64,000 nucleotides of DNA from Klebsormidium nitens (taxonomy: Eukaryota > Plantae > Klebsormidiophyceae), in contig DF236974.1 of NCBI GenBank assembly GCA_000708835.1, positions 112,626 to 176,625 of the forward strand, given 5' to 3'. The translations under genes were made by a program, and so were the position numbers. Shown here one piece after another: positions 36,183 through 48,523 of the stretch; within the stretch, counting starts at the first letter, position 1; every line of letters begins with the position of its first letter. The notes beneath the pieces are model-generated. The model saw only the letters and a program-made list of their open reading frames with translations, had not been told where the DNA came from and did no database searches.

Positions 36183-39100
36183 ATGGGGGAAGGTTCAGGT
36201 TTCTTCTTGGAACCAGGAAGTCAGATTGTGGCTGCGGCTGAGGGTTCCGGGAACGAGGAGCCTCTCGAGATCATGGAACTAGACCTGAATATCGCCCCTG
36301 ATGAGGCTTTCTCCGAACAGTCGCAAGCCCCTTCTTTCAGACATGAGGACCACGCCATTAAGGTGGAGCAAATGCCTTTTAGACCGCTACCAACGTGTGA
36401 AGAAGAACTCTCAGAAGACCAGCGGGACTCCGGGGACGAGGTTAAGAACGAAAACAACGGGCAGGAAAAGATCGGAACCGGCAGGGTGAACGATGGGGAC
36501 ATCGGAGGCCCGCGCCCTGAAAGCTTAGCTTGCAACGGTATCTGCCCCGGCGCTTCTTCGCAGCCGGAAAGGTTTCAGGGCGCAAATGACGTCAGCATGC
36601 AGGTGGAGGCTCCAAAGCCAACCGCCTCACCAGCCTTCGGTCAGGTCACCGACTCGTCCACCGACTTTTCTCTCTTTCCTGAGGAAGACGTAGACAGCTC
36701 AAACTCGGAGGGCTCGGTGGAAGACGACGAGGCACCGGGGCAAGGTAATTCGTACCAGTACTGGGCGGAAAAGCTGGAGCGGGAGTGTGCGACAAGAACT
36801 GGGCACGCGAAGCCGCCCGGGGGAACGTACGGGTGCGCGGTTTGCACCTCTGGCCGCGGCGCGCGGCGCGCGTTCCCGCACCTCGACGCGCTCGTGCGCC
36901 ACGCCGAGACGACGACGAGCGGCGCGCGCGCGGCCGCCCACGTGGCCTACGCGCGCGCGCTGAACGAGCTGAAGGCGAGGCTGTCGGGAGAGAAGCCCGG
37001 GAAGCAGCTGGCGCGGCTCTCTGGCCCGGAAAAGATCGTGAAGCCCCCGATCGTGATCGCCCAGAACTTGCGAACCAAGTTCGACGAGGAGAGGAAGCAG
37101 TGGAACGGAGTGTCGGGGAAAGTGCTCGGGGCGTCCCTCCGGGCAAAAGGGTACGATGTAAAAGACCGGAACGTGAAGGATCTTTGGAACGCCGGGGGCC
37201 ACCGGGGCACCGCTTTTATTCTCTTCGAGGCGACCGAGAGGGGGCTGCTCTGCGCGAAGCAGCTCGCGGAGAGCCAGGAGCAGCGCGGCCGCGGCCGCGT
37301 CGCGTGGGAGCACGCGCGGGCGGCCGGGGCGCGGCCGCGCGAGGAGGACGGCTCGCCGCTCGCGTTCTGTTACCTCGCGACGGCCGACGATATGCGCGCG
37401 CTCGACCCGCGCGCGAAGTCGACCGGGTGGGAGGAAATCGAGCTGCAAACGCTGCTGAAGAATTCTGTACGGGAGAGGGACCAACGGCAGGAACTAGAGC
37501 TGCGGCACGCGAAGGCGCAGAGCGAGCTGCGGGCGGCGGAGGGGAAGAATCGGGAACTAGAGGGAGAGAAAATGGACCTGGCGCGGCAGAACGAGGCGCT
37601 CAGAGGGGAGGTCGAGGCGATCCGTGCGGCAACGGAAGCGGAAAATCAGGCGCACGCGCAGGAGGTGAGATGAGTCGGTGACACCTTATGGGCGTTAGGA
37701 AGCAACGGGTCCCCGGAAATTGGAGATGTTTTGCTAGATCTGAAGGGAAGATTTTACTTCGATGAGATTCCTGATGGGTCCGGAATGCGGAGTACTTCAA
37801 ACAGCATGTCATGAAAGTCTTTTGTGCTGCTCAACCTATTCCGAATCCTGAAGTTGTCGAGCCCAATTTTATAAACGGCTAGATGTTGATCTGAACGGCT
37901 CGAAACCCAGTTTGGTACGTTTTAATGCTGTGCTCCTGCCGCTGCTTGTTTGAAAGCATACATGGACAAGGACAAGCAAATCTTTGTGGTGGAAATTTGA
38001 CGACACGCTAGATTCTAGACGGGCGGACGAATAGACGGGACGGGCGCTGAGTTCAATCGTCTAAAAGCTTGTAGGAGACATAACGTTTCTTGCTGAATGC
38101 GGATTCTGTGGAAGAATAGAAAAACCTTGGTCAGTGTCATCTTTTGGGTTTGAATTTAGTTAATGCAAATGCAGTCTTGACGGGCATTCTGCAGCTACAA
38201 ACACGGTCGTTCTCAGTCGAAACTTCTTCAAATCACCGAGGCCTCCTGATTGACGTGCGCCACGTGTCTCTGTCGGGTCCAGATGCTCCGCCAGGTGGAG
38301 GAGCTGCAGGGCGCGCTCGCGGAGGAGGCGCTCGAAGCGAAGGCGGCCGCGGACGCGGATCGCGCCGACATGAGCCGACGACTGCGGGAGCTCCAGCCGG
38401 GCGGTCAGGAATCCAAGATAGACGAGGCAGGAGACTTCGACAGGTAAGTCTTCGCGGCAACTAAGCCATGCGCATGAATCTGGTTGTGTCATTCAACAAG
38501 CCTTTTCTTTGCGTCATTGCATGAATTCGGCTTAAGCCAGACGAAGAGCATTTTCACTTGATGAGAATGTCTGTGAGCAAGCGGATAGCGGGCAGCTTGC
38601 TCAAATGTTCTCATTTCTGGACTGTTCTGGCAGAGGCGCCTTTCGATCTCAAGTCGTTTTATTGGGACGTTCATCTGATGGATTTTGGAGGGAAGATGCA
38701 GTTTTTAAACTCCTCCAGTCATCGCTGTCCCGCTGGCTCGCACGTCATAATCCGTTGACCAGATGCACTTGCGGCTCGCATCGGCAAGCACTGAATTCGT
38801 TGCCTTCTGCTAAAGGTCTTGTCCCGTATTCGACAAAGCTTCAAGAACTATTCTGCTCATCACCATCACTATGTTCCCAAACCCTAAGCAAACCTTCAGT
38901 AACACATCCGCTTGCGAAAGAGTGCACCTAAGCACAACGCAAAACCAGCTTTTATGCATGGCGACGACCGCTCCCTTCGGTGACGTGCAGTGCCCACGAG
39001 CAGCTGTCAAAGATAGTTGAGGACAGCTTTCAGAAGCTGGACATCGCATACAACGACCAGGAAGTCGCCTCGTTCGTCAGCCTGCGGAGCGCCTTTGATC

Positions 39101-40683
39101 AGACCAGAGTGCAGATGCGAAGGTAAGGCTCCGGGCCGTGCTCGTCGCTGATGTTCAACACGATTCCCGAGCTGGTTCTCTTTAAATTCCTTGCTTGGCT
39201 TCTTCAATTGGACCTTGAGTTGAATCTTTGTTGACCAAGGAACGGTTCAAGAGCGGGTGGTATTCGCTAAAAGAGCATCAGCTGACTTCGAGGTACAATC
39301 TACATGGGCAGGGGTGGATCTCTCTCGATCTGTATGTCGAGAACTCCTCAGGGCTAATCCCCTTTGAGCAAGCTATACTTCTGGCTTTCCGGTTCCCTGT
39401 CAATGCAGGGACTGAGATTCCGGCGGAATCCATTGGTCTTTTTGTCTACGCCTTTTGCCCTGCTTTTGCTCTTTACGCGACGTGGGGGTTCAGATTAATC
39501 CATTTCCAAGTTTTGCAAACTGCAGTGACTTTAGCAACAAGCAAGGGTTTTCGCAACGGAAGACTTTCTGACTAGTCTGAAAACGCATCCGCTTCTTGGC
39601 TCTTTGCAGGGTGCGCGAGGAGAACCGCCGCGCGGTTATGAGGGAATTCGAGCAGAAGCTGCGCGAGGTGGCGGAGCAGGCTGTGCGCGCGCGCGCGGAG
39701 AGCGAGCGGCTTCGGGAGGAGCGGAACGAACTAGACAACCGGAGGAACCAGCAAGGGGTGAGCGGAGGGCACGATCAGTAACCGAAGATGCGCGTCTGGA
39801 GTCTCTTAGGTTAACCGTCTGACCCGACTCGAATCTGTGGTCCGAGATGTTGCTAGGCCTTCGTTGTCCGAGAATAGTCCCAGCCTAGGTCGCGTTCCAG
39901 GTAGGCATGGTCTTGGTTCTGAAGAATTGATTTCTGTTCCAATGTCGAGATTTGCTTCGAACAGAAGTGCGGGTGCTTTCAAGCTTTGTCCAACGAAACC
40001 TTGAATATCCCACGAGAGTGTTGTTTCCGTCAGTCGAGACGCCAGCTGAGGTTTGATCTTCAGCCTAGAAATCATCAAACCATTGAGCTTGATCATGGTC
40101 TGCGACGTGCGCACATGATCAGTAGACAACATTTTTCGGAAAGGTAGGGAAGGTATGAAAGCGGACCGCGCTCCTTTGAGAGCTGCTGAGGCCGGGACGT
40201 TGGCACGTTTTAAACGACAGGGATCCCGAGGTAGACCCCGCGCGTTTGACATAGGAGTTTTGGCTGCTAACTAGGCCGATCACCAGATTCAAGGCTCATC
40301 TTTGACCTTGTTATAAGGCTGGCGACCGCCCGACTCTGGTTATCGAACATAGCACTCTCCAACGGTCAACCTGCCCTTAATGGCCCATACCATCCATAAT
40401 TATGGGCCAGAGCATCCTATCAATGTCGCCCGACCGACGAAGCTTTCGTGTGCAGGCGCCCGAGTGCATCGTGTGCTCCGAGGAGTGGAGCGACAGCGTC
40501 AAGCGGTTCCAGTTCGACTGCGGGCACGCGGTCATCTGCGAGAAATGCTGCGAGAAGTATATCGCGACAGAGGAGGCCAAAATGGGCAAAACTCGCGGCC
40601 GGAAGCAGCACAAGCTCATGTGTCCCATGGGCACCTGCGACCTCCGAAAGAACAAGAGGTTCAAGCCCGCATACCTGGGATGA
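36183..40683 (+). CDS. SGS3-like protein: acidic disordered N-terminus, zf-XS, XS domain, coiled coil, C-terminal RING-HC; ~716 aa, 5 exons
   Basis: Exons 36183-37664, 38283-38443, 38991-39122, 39610-39757, 40456-40683 (phases 0,2,2,0). zf-XS CAVC..H..H. XS motifs IVKPPIVIAQN, WNGVSGKVL, GGHRGTAFILFE, GRVAW, FCYLATADDM parallel SGS3 IVWPPMVIIMN, WLGMGNQEL, GHRGMSVLMFE, DRIAW, YGFLATKQDL. RING CIVC..CGHAVICEKC..CPMGTC. No XH domain seen. Confidence 0.88.
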
Positions 40684-41435
40684 CGGAAAGGGTCCGTGTA
40701 AACGCTTAAATTTGGAGACACGAAGTCGAGGAGGGAGAGGACTAAAAGTTGGTCTCAGCTTGTCAACTCTTGCCGCTTTGACAAATCAAGCGCCGACTGC
40801 CGCCTCGAGTGTATGTACGGCTGATCACTGGTGCATGGTAGAGCTCTTGGGCGCCTGGCAGCCGGCGCAGATCGCATAGTGGCACGGACTTTACCTTCCA
40901 GCAAAAGGAACGAATATAAGAGTACTTTAAGTTTTGTTTGATTGCGAAAAGCATACAAATACCCCACAAAATAGGACGACGTGGGCTGATTTAGTGAACA
41001 TCTGTACTGATCGATCAACCGCTTTGAACACGCGTAATGCTTAAGTCAATGTCGTGCTGAATCTGCCGCAGATACAGTCAACCGCCCAAAAATATAGCCC
41101 TTAAGACGCAAACTAGCGAGCCGATGTTGGACTCCGGGACATGCGCCCTATACTCGAGGACGGCTCGTGCCAATCAATGAGCCCCCTTATGACGAGGATG
41201 TTCATGCATGCGCCAATGTCCTGCATTCGTTCGGCCGCCCAATACATACAATCTATCGCTTACACCGTCCACTACGGTTCCCACACAACAATCGATATAC
41301 ATACATACATCACATCTGTACTCAAATGATCGCATGTAGACAGCCTAGATGCACATTACGAATTGAGTTCGCGCGACATCACATGCATGTGCCCTGTTAT
41401 TCATGCAAGCTTACGGTCAAGGCTGGATGCTAGGG

Positions 41436-41501
41436 ACGCTCCACGCAGCGGCTAGGCACGCTCCATGCAGCGGCTCGGCACGCTCCATGCAGCGGCTCTG
41501 G
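41436..41501. repeat. 22-bp tandem repeat x3
   Basis: acgctccacgcagcggctaggc / acgctccatgcagcggctcggc / acgctccatgcagcggctctgg. Confidence 0.9.
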
Positions 41502-41984
41502 GCCGCTGTGTGCAATTCAAATTGTCCTGAGTGGCCGCATAAAGCCTCTTACCACTAGGAACATGATATTTGTGCCGGCAACTTCAAACATGATTGAAAG
41601 AAGCTGTGTACGGTTGTCTTGAAAGGTGGCATCCTGCTGATCTGAACTCTGATTGTGTCAGCGTGGTAAAGCAGAAGAAACCAAGCTCCTACTTTATGAG
41701 GTTCTGACTAGCTTCGGCCCGGCCGCTGATACGTAAGCAATGGGCACTGTACAGTAGTTGTAGACTGCACCACTTCCGGTTTCTAAAGCAGTTTCTACAG
41801 AATCTAAAATCGGCTACTCTATACAACACCACTAGAACTCTAATCTACCTGCCATGCGAAAGCGGCACGAGAGCGTGGGCCTTCTCAAGGAACACAAGAA
41901 GCATCTCGCATCCTTTTCGAGCTCCCGACAGGTGCTAACACCATGAATTTTGTACAAATCAAAGCCTTGAACGTTCAATGCGCC

Positions 41985-43305
41985 CTACTCCGACTTGGGA
42001 GCATCTCGTGAAGGATTTGCAAGGCCTTTCACAGCTAGAAGGGCCAGCCCCACAGAATTCACGCCGAAAATGAGGACAGCAAAGCCCCCGAAACCAGCAA
42101 CCTAGAAGAGACCACGAAAACGGGTATCATCGGCAGAAAATGTCCGATCCTGGGAGTTTAGGCACCTGCCGCATCGATACAAAGTCCTATTCTTTTAGTA
42201 TTCCATCATAGCGAGTGCAATCCAAGAAAGAACAAGCAAGTACGAGACAAGCAAGAGACAAGCAATGCAAGAGGTAAAGCCAACAGGTTTCTTTGAGAGA
42301 CCAGAAACTTCGCCAGTCCTTGTGCCAGAGTGGAGCTGATGAGATCTGCGTTAATGCCATGCGAGGTGACTTACAAAGGTGCAGATTAGAGCATTGACAT
42401 CCCCCTCCAGGTGGAGAGGCGCGTAATGAACGGGCGGGTTCATTGCCAGGTTGAAGTACAGGTCACGAACATAGTAGAAGAGCGCTACAGAGCAGCCGCC
42501 TGCAATCAGGGACCCCGCAAGAGCCTGCAAAGCAAATCAATCAGACATAAGTGATCAAAACGTAGCCCCGCTATGTTGTGGCTTGGGGGCTGCCAGCAAA
42601 AGTTTCGAAGTTCTGATGAAGTCAAGCCCCGTCAACAATGAGAAAAGAGGGTAAGATTCGCCAGTGATGTCAGAGACGGCACAAGCACGATCGATTAGCG
42701 CGTCCAGAAATCTGGTGTCAGCAGCTAGGCCGCATATTCAAAGTGATGTGCTTGACTCAACGTGTCTGACAAATACCTTATCGATGAAAACCTTGTTCTC
42801 GCACAGGATGTCATATTCTGATGCAAAGTAACCACGTTCTACCAGTCACTGGCTCTAAGAAGTCACTTGCCTGGGCGGGGGTGGCCTTCGGCCGACCTCT
42901 TCTCTTCCGGGGAGGGTTGTCAATGTATTTTGGAGGGTCAGGTGGGGGGATCTCATAAGCGTCTCTTGTGAAAGTAGGGCGAACTTCCTCAATTGGCCCC
43001 CCACTGAAATCAAAGTCGTCCATAGAGGCACGTGGCAACCCAGTCCACTTGCGACAGCCGCGACTTGACCACCTTTGCTTTTCACAAGTGCTTTGACGGA
43101 AGGGGCAGCGAGGTGTTGCTCTTGAGCACTGAAACTTTGATGATGATGGCAAGCTGGAAGTCTTCGCGAGATTGCTGAAGCACCACTGTTTGGTGGAATG
43201 CTGTGCAGCCGAGCATTGCCTCCTCGTCACCCGCTGGTTCCTTGCAGTCGGGAATTGCTTCAGAGCATGCGATGCTGTCATGCGCTGGCCTACGGAGAGC
43301 GCCAT
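41985..43305 (-). CDS. Plastid-targeted DUF3082-family membrane protein, ~233 aa, 3 exons
   Basis: Exons 43305-42871 (GC donor), 42524-42375, 42101-41985. S/R-rich transit peptide. TPAQ|ALAGSLIAGG..LFYY and FGVNSVGLALLA match the remembered DUF3082 pattern (PLQALLG..; FGxNxxGL). Confidence 0.75.
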
Positions 43306-44521
43306 CTTAGAGAATCAAGTATCTTAGCAGGAGTTCCTGCTCTATGCAAAGCCTCTAAAGGAGAGACTGTATAATAGATATCCGTATGTGAAAAAGGCGA
43401 ATTGGAACCTGTGCTGCAATTGCACAAGTGGCTTACATGAGCTGGGGGACACAATGCTAGCGGCAGCTCGATGGGCCGCAGAAACCTCGTGCTGTTGATA
43501 TCAGCAGCCTTCACCAGCTAGCAGGTCAAGCCGAGTGGCTTTGCTGCTGCAATCCTGTCGACTTTCCCCCTTCCAGCTCTGAACAGCTTGCGCCCATAAA
43601 GCGCTGGCTATGCAATGCAAAATATCTTTGACAGAACTCATTGAGTCATTCAGGTTGATCAGGAGCTCGAAAAGTGCAAGAACGAAGAACGCGCACAAGG
43701 AGAAGGAAACGGCGCGCAGTTGTCGAGCAACTTCAGCAGCAAGGAAAGTGCGTAGCGAAGTGCCAAGACTTGAATCGCGCGAGGTGGAACTTGTGGGCGT
43801 GCGAAAGTGGCGCGCTAATTTTACAAAGTTGGCACTTTTCAAGCACAGACCTGCTAGCATTTGCCGCTGCGCCAGTAGCTGGGACAAAGCCGCTCAGTGC
43901 TGAATCCCTCAGAAGGTCTTTAAAAGGGTCCACAGGGGCGCTCCGAGGTGCTGTCTCTTTTAGAATTGCGGCACTCGCTGCTTTTCTGCCAGATTGGTGA
44001 GAGGGGGTCACCACATACATTCTCAAATGAGGGCGGAAGCTAATGGAAGTTTCTTGAGGGGGCGTCTGTCGCAAAACTGAGCAGGGGCGCCGTTAGCGCT
44101 GATAGCCGTCACTACAAGAGGTGAGCCAGTTAAGATGTTTTCTTGCTTTTCAATCAGGTGTTGTTGTGGTTGAAGTGGTCTGAAGCTTGCGTATTGTCTC
44201 TAGTGGCAATGCTGTGCGTATGGATATTGATGTGCACCATCCTTGTGTTTCTTTGACACGTCTACAGGTGTACGCCATTGATGACCATTACCAACGTTGC
44301 TGGTGATACTGGTTGAAGCTGTGCAACTCTCTACACAAGGGTTTCAATTGCATTTGCAATTTGCTTCATATATCAAGAACTGGAGAAAGGGCGGCGCTTG
44401 TATGGATGGTTTCTACAGATTGGGTATTCTTTCTCTACAGTCCAGTTGAGTCAATGCTGCCTTTTCATCTGTGTACAGGCTTTCCTGCTGTCTGCCAAGC
44501 CTTCGCTAATCAGGAACGAAG

Positions 44522-47442
44522 ATGTTGTCCACTCCGAAGCTGCCGCAAGCCAGCTTGGCATTGCCGCAAGACTTCAGCAGCAACGCCACCGATTTTAGGG
44601 TTCAGGTCAGATCTAGAGGAGCCGCGCCTTTCCAAAATTTCCAGGGGCAGAGGGCACTGGATAGGAGCTCTTGTTTTCTGAGATTGTTCAGTACACAGGC
44701 TGCCGTGCGAAGACTGCAAGGTAGCGTCCCCATCTCTGCTCAGTCGGGGCTGGGAAAGCCAGCAGGGCCTGCCAGGTGGCACTCGCCAGTTGAGAGCAGG
44801 GAGTGTGGCGCCGATGGCAGAAGGACCGCTGTTTCCAGGAGGAGTTCAGCGGGAGGTGTCCTAGACAGGCCTGCGAGCACAGACGAGGAGCGAGCAGCTG
44901 TGCGGGGGCCCGATTCGAAAGATGGGAGAGGGGGGCGAGAGCAGCACGTTCCAACAGTTCCAACAGTTCCACCTAAGGGGGCCCCTAAGCGGGCGGCAGG
45001 CGCCAGGCCGCAGTTGGCTTTCGCGGGAGGCGTTGACAGGTCGAGGTTGCACAATCTAGGATGTGAGCAAAGCGAGAAGCAGGAGGGAATGTGGCGGGAA
45101 ATAGGGCCGGTACTTGTGAAGCGTAGTGAGAAAGTTCATCAGCAGGGGGCAAGGAGTCCGGCTGTCAAAAAGGTGGTGGAGCTCAGAGGATGGCTTCCGT
45201 CTCCGAAACAGCGGCTTGTCCGGGAAGCGACCGGCAGGACGCAGGGGCCGGACGACCAGGCGGAGCGCCGCTTCGAATTGTCAATAAGTTCTGAGCACCG
45301 CAGGGTTTCGAATGAGAGTTCCGAGAAGAGGCCAAGAACGTCCGAAAGCTTTGAGCGCCGTGCTGGAGCATCCGGGGGAGGAGAGGGGGAGGAAAGCAGC
45401 ATTGATTCCCAGGTGATGGCATTGCGCAAGCGGGGGCTGGCAGCAAAGTTGAATGCTTCGTCGGATGGGCCTAGCACCAGCGGAAGAGCAGGGAGTGCAC
45501 TTCGCAGCGACGCTAGCATGAGCGGTAGAAAGGGGCAGTATGTCGGTGGTGTCTCAGACAAGAGTGTCAGGGGCGGTGGGTTTGAGACTGAGCCTTCGGA
45601 TGACAGCGAGGAGGAAGAGGAGTCGCGGAAGGCGGCGGCGGAGGCGGCGGGGGAGCATATAACGTATGATTCATTGAAGAAAAACGACGTGGACACGGCA
45701 GTAAGGTGAGGCTCATGTCAGCCAGTGCTTGGAGGCACATCTGAAGTGGCCCGGTGTGCCTGGCGACTTCTGAGTGTAGGACAATTAACACTTTAGTGCT
45801 GGCAAACAAGAGATTGGCTCGGCAGTCCGACAAGTTGATTCTGAAGGTTGGTCTGTCGTCACTTTAAATCAGGTGTGTCTGTTGTGGTCTCACGAAGAAG
45901 ATGTCTCCGGGATTTCATGGTCGCCGCTTACGCTTTGGAGTGCGAAGAGGTGCTCAGAATTTGTTTTCTGTAATGTAGCAGTGTGGTTCCAGGATTGCAA
46001 AAGCTATGTCTCTTCCGCAAGCGGTCGCTCAGTCTTCGGTCATCATCATTGACAAACACGTTCGTACCTTCAGTCCGTTCAGACGTTGCTAATGGGCCAT
46101 GTTCGGACCAACTTTTGTAAAACCCGAACGTGAGGATGCTCTCTTCCTGAGGTCCCCCAATAATTAGAACCTGCAAAGTTTCCATCTTTTTGCCGTGTGT
46201 CTTGTGCTCGGTATCTTTCGATCCCCCTCACAGAAGGGCTAGCGTCAGCTGCCCTTCCTCACTTTTTGTTGGACAGGAAGCCCAGCCCCGCGTCTTCCGG
46301 TTGGTTGGAGAGCCTCACTCCGGCCCTCAACCCGTTGGCAGGCTTTCTTACCCCCTGTTCCTGTCTCTGGTTGCTCCAGCCCAACGCAGAATAACACTAC
46401 TTCTGGCCTTCCCAATTGAACTACCTTGTCCTCTCCCGCCTCTAGGATAGAGAAGCGGCTGCTGCGAGACGGGCTTCTCGTTGCCCAAGCGCGCGCGCTG
46501 GCGTTGTACGTCGTAAAGAATGAGATTTCGGGGGGGTACGACGCAGTCGCGCAGCGCCTCTCGTTCCTCGAGGGCCTGCAGGGGTTGAAGCCCAAGCAGG
46601 CTGTGGCGCTTCTCCTGGCGCAGAAACGGACTCTCAAGCGCCCCGTGCACGAGCTCGAGGGGAACGTGGGTTATCTGCTAACCGCGGGGGTTCCGGCTGA
46701 CCAGCTCGGGAACGTGGTCAGGCGCAGCCCGCAGATTCTGCTCACGAGCGTGGCGGCACGGCTCGAGCCGAGCGTGCGGTGCCTGAAGGGGCTGGGGCTA
46801 GACGTGGGAAAGATGGTGGTTAAGAATCCGCGGGTGCTCACGTGCGATCTAGAAGGGCGGGGGCGCGAAGTGATCGAATATCTGCACAGCGTCGGGCTGT
46901 CGCACGAGGAGGTGCAGGCGCTGCTGGAAAAGGACGCGACGCTGCTGACGATGACCCTGGAAACGCTCGCGAAGAAGGTCGAGTTCCTGTTCCGAAAGTG
47001 CGCAACGGTCGAGGCGGCGCTGGATCTGATCAAGTCGTCGCCGCACGCGCTGTACGCGGACGTGGAGCAAGCGGTGAAGCAAGTCGAGATGGTGTTCGCG
47101 ACGTTCGGGTTGGAGGTCGGGGATACCTTCGACTTGTTGATAAAGTGGCCGGCGCTGATGTCGATGACGAAGCGGCCGATGCTGGAGAAGGTGGAGTTCG
47201 TGATCAACGAGCTCGGGTGGAGCGTGAACGACGTCCTTGCGTACCCGCTGTTCTTGAGCTTTAGTTTGGAGAAGAAGCTGCGGCCCCGGTGCGAGAAAGT
47301 GCTGCGCGAGGGGATCGTGATCGCCAAGCCGAACGAGAGCGAGGGGCTCAAGCTGCACACGATGCTCGTGTGCTCGGACGACAACTTTGAGCACTACTTG
47401 AGCGAGATCTGGCCAAATAAGTATCGGCGGGGCCCAGGCTGA
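44522..47442 (+). CDS. mTERF-family organellar protein, ~726 aa, 2 exons
   Basis: Exons 44522-45705 and 46446-47442 join in phase 2 (AG|G). Transit-peptide-like start. mTERF repeats (VVRRSPQILLTSV..LEPSVRCL, KVEFL, YPLFLSFSLEKKLRPR). Confidence 0.88.
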
Positions 47443-48523
47443 GCCGGATCTAGTTGGTGCACCGCTTAGGCTGTAAAAAGTAGAATTTCGTGTATAGAGT
47501 GTTGTTGACTGATTTAACTTGACGCATCGCAATTGCTGAAGCCAGCTATTGCTGGCTCTTTTGTGTCCCAATTCTTTGCCAGCCAATCCAGTAAATCCGT
47601 CCGATTGCTGCAGTCAGAGTATGCTTGGTTTGAAACTCGTTATCGTGTTAAAGCCTTTTTCTTGAGGTGCCTGCACGTGCCTTAGATGCTGCATGCACAG
47701 TCGTTAAGTTTGCCTGCAATTGCACCTGCAATTGTCTGCAATTGTTCAATCATGCATGCACGAGCTTGCATACATTCACTTGATACTTTCGTGACATGGC
47801 CCGCGCTGCACCAGCTGTAGCGCTTGCATGTCGGGAGAGCTCGCAAATAAGCACTCAAACTATAAAACAATGCCAAAACTAATTATGCACGCACTGAATC
47901 GATACGCCAAGTATTGACAAGCCACGCACCATATTTGCAGAGACAAACTGCGAGGACATGTTTGTCATAGATGCATCGCAGCATGCACTTGCATGTACAT
48001 ACTCCGACAACTTTGACAGGCACTGTGCGTAGGATTAGCATGCTTGATCGTGTTCACATCGCTTTACATGCAGGAAACAGGTTTTCATGAACAAACACGG
48101 TTTATTTAGGGGGATAAGTCTAAGCAGGACACCGAATCTGGTGCGGTCGGACTTCCTCACCTACGTTTTGAGGTCATTTCTCCCAATCATCAAGCAGGCT
48201 GTATGCAAGCACCAACCAAAGCCAGTGACTTGACATTGAATACCTAGCTTTGAATTATAACTTGAGGGCCGACCACTTCAACGAGGACCGATTATTCTAA
48301 TACTTCAACTGAATGCTGAAAGGCTTCCTAGCCAGGTGCCAACACCTCAGTCGGGTCAGAGGCTATTCGAGAATCATTTACAATCGTGATAACTTATCCT
48401 CTAACTGTACAAGATGCCAGGCTTCTGTCCTGTCCCTCATCTTCGAGGTACTTGTCGTGTTGTCAGTGTCTATGTATCACAAAAACCGACCAAACTATCA
48501 GCTATACCGTCCGCGACGAACCT

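Noticed and set aside
36646-37681. Long alternative-frame and antisense ORFs over the XS domain (also 46671-47586 over mTERF)
   Set aside because: Expected from very high GC3; no domain motifs.
43501-44074. ORFs between DUF3082 and mTERF
   Set aside because: Several 97-128 aa frames on both strands with no homology cue and no consistent splice chain; could be UTR or promoter.
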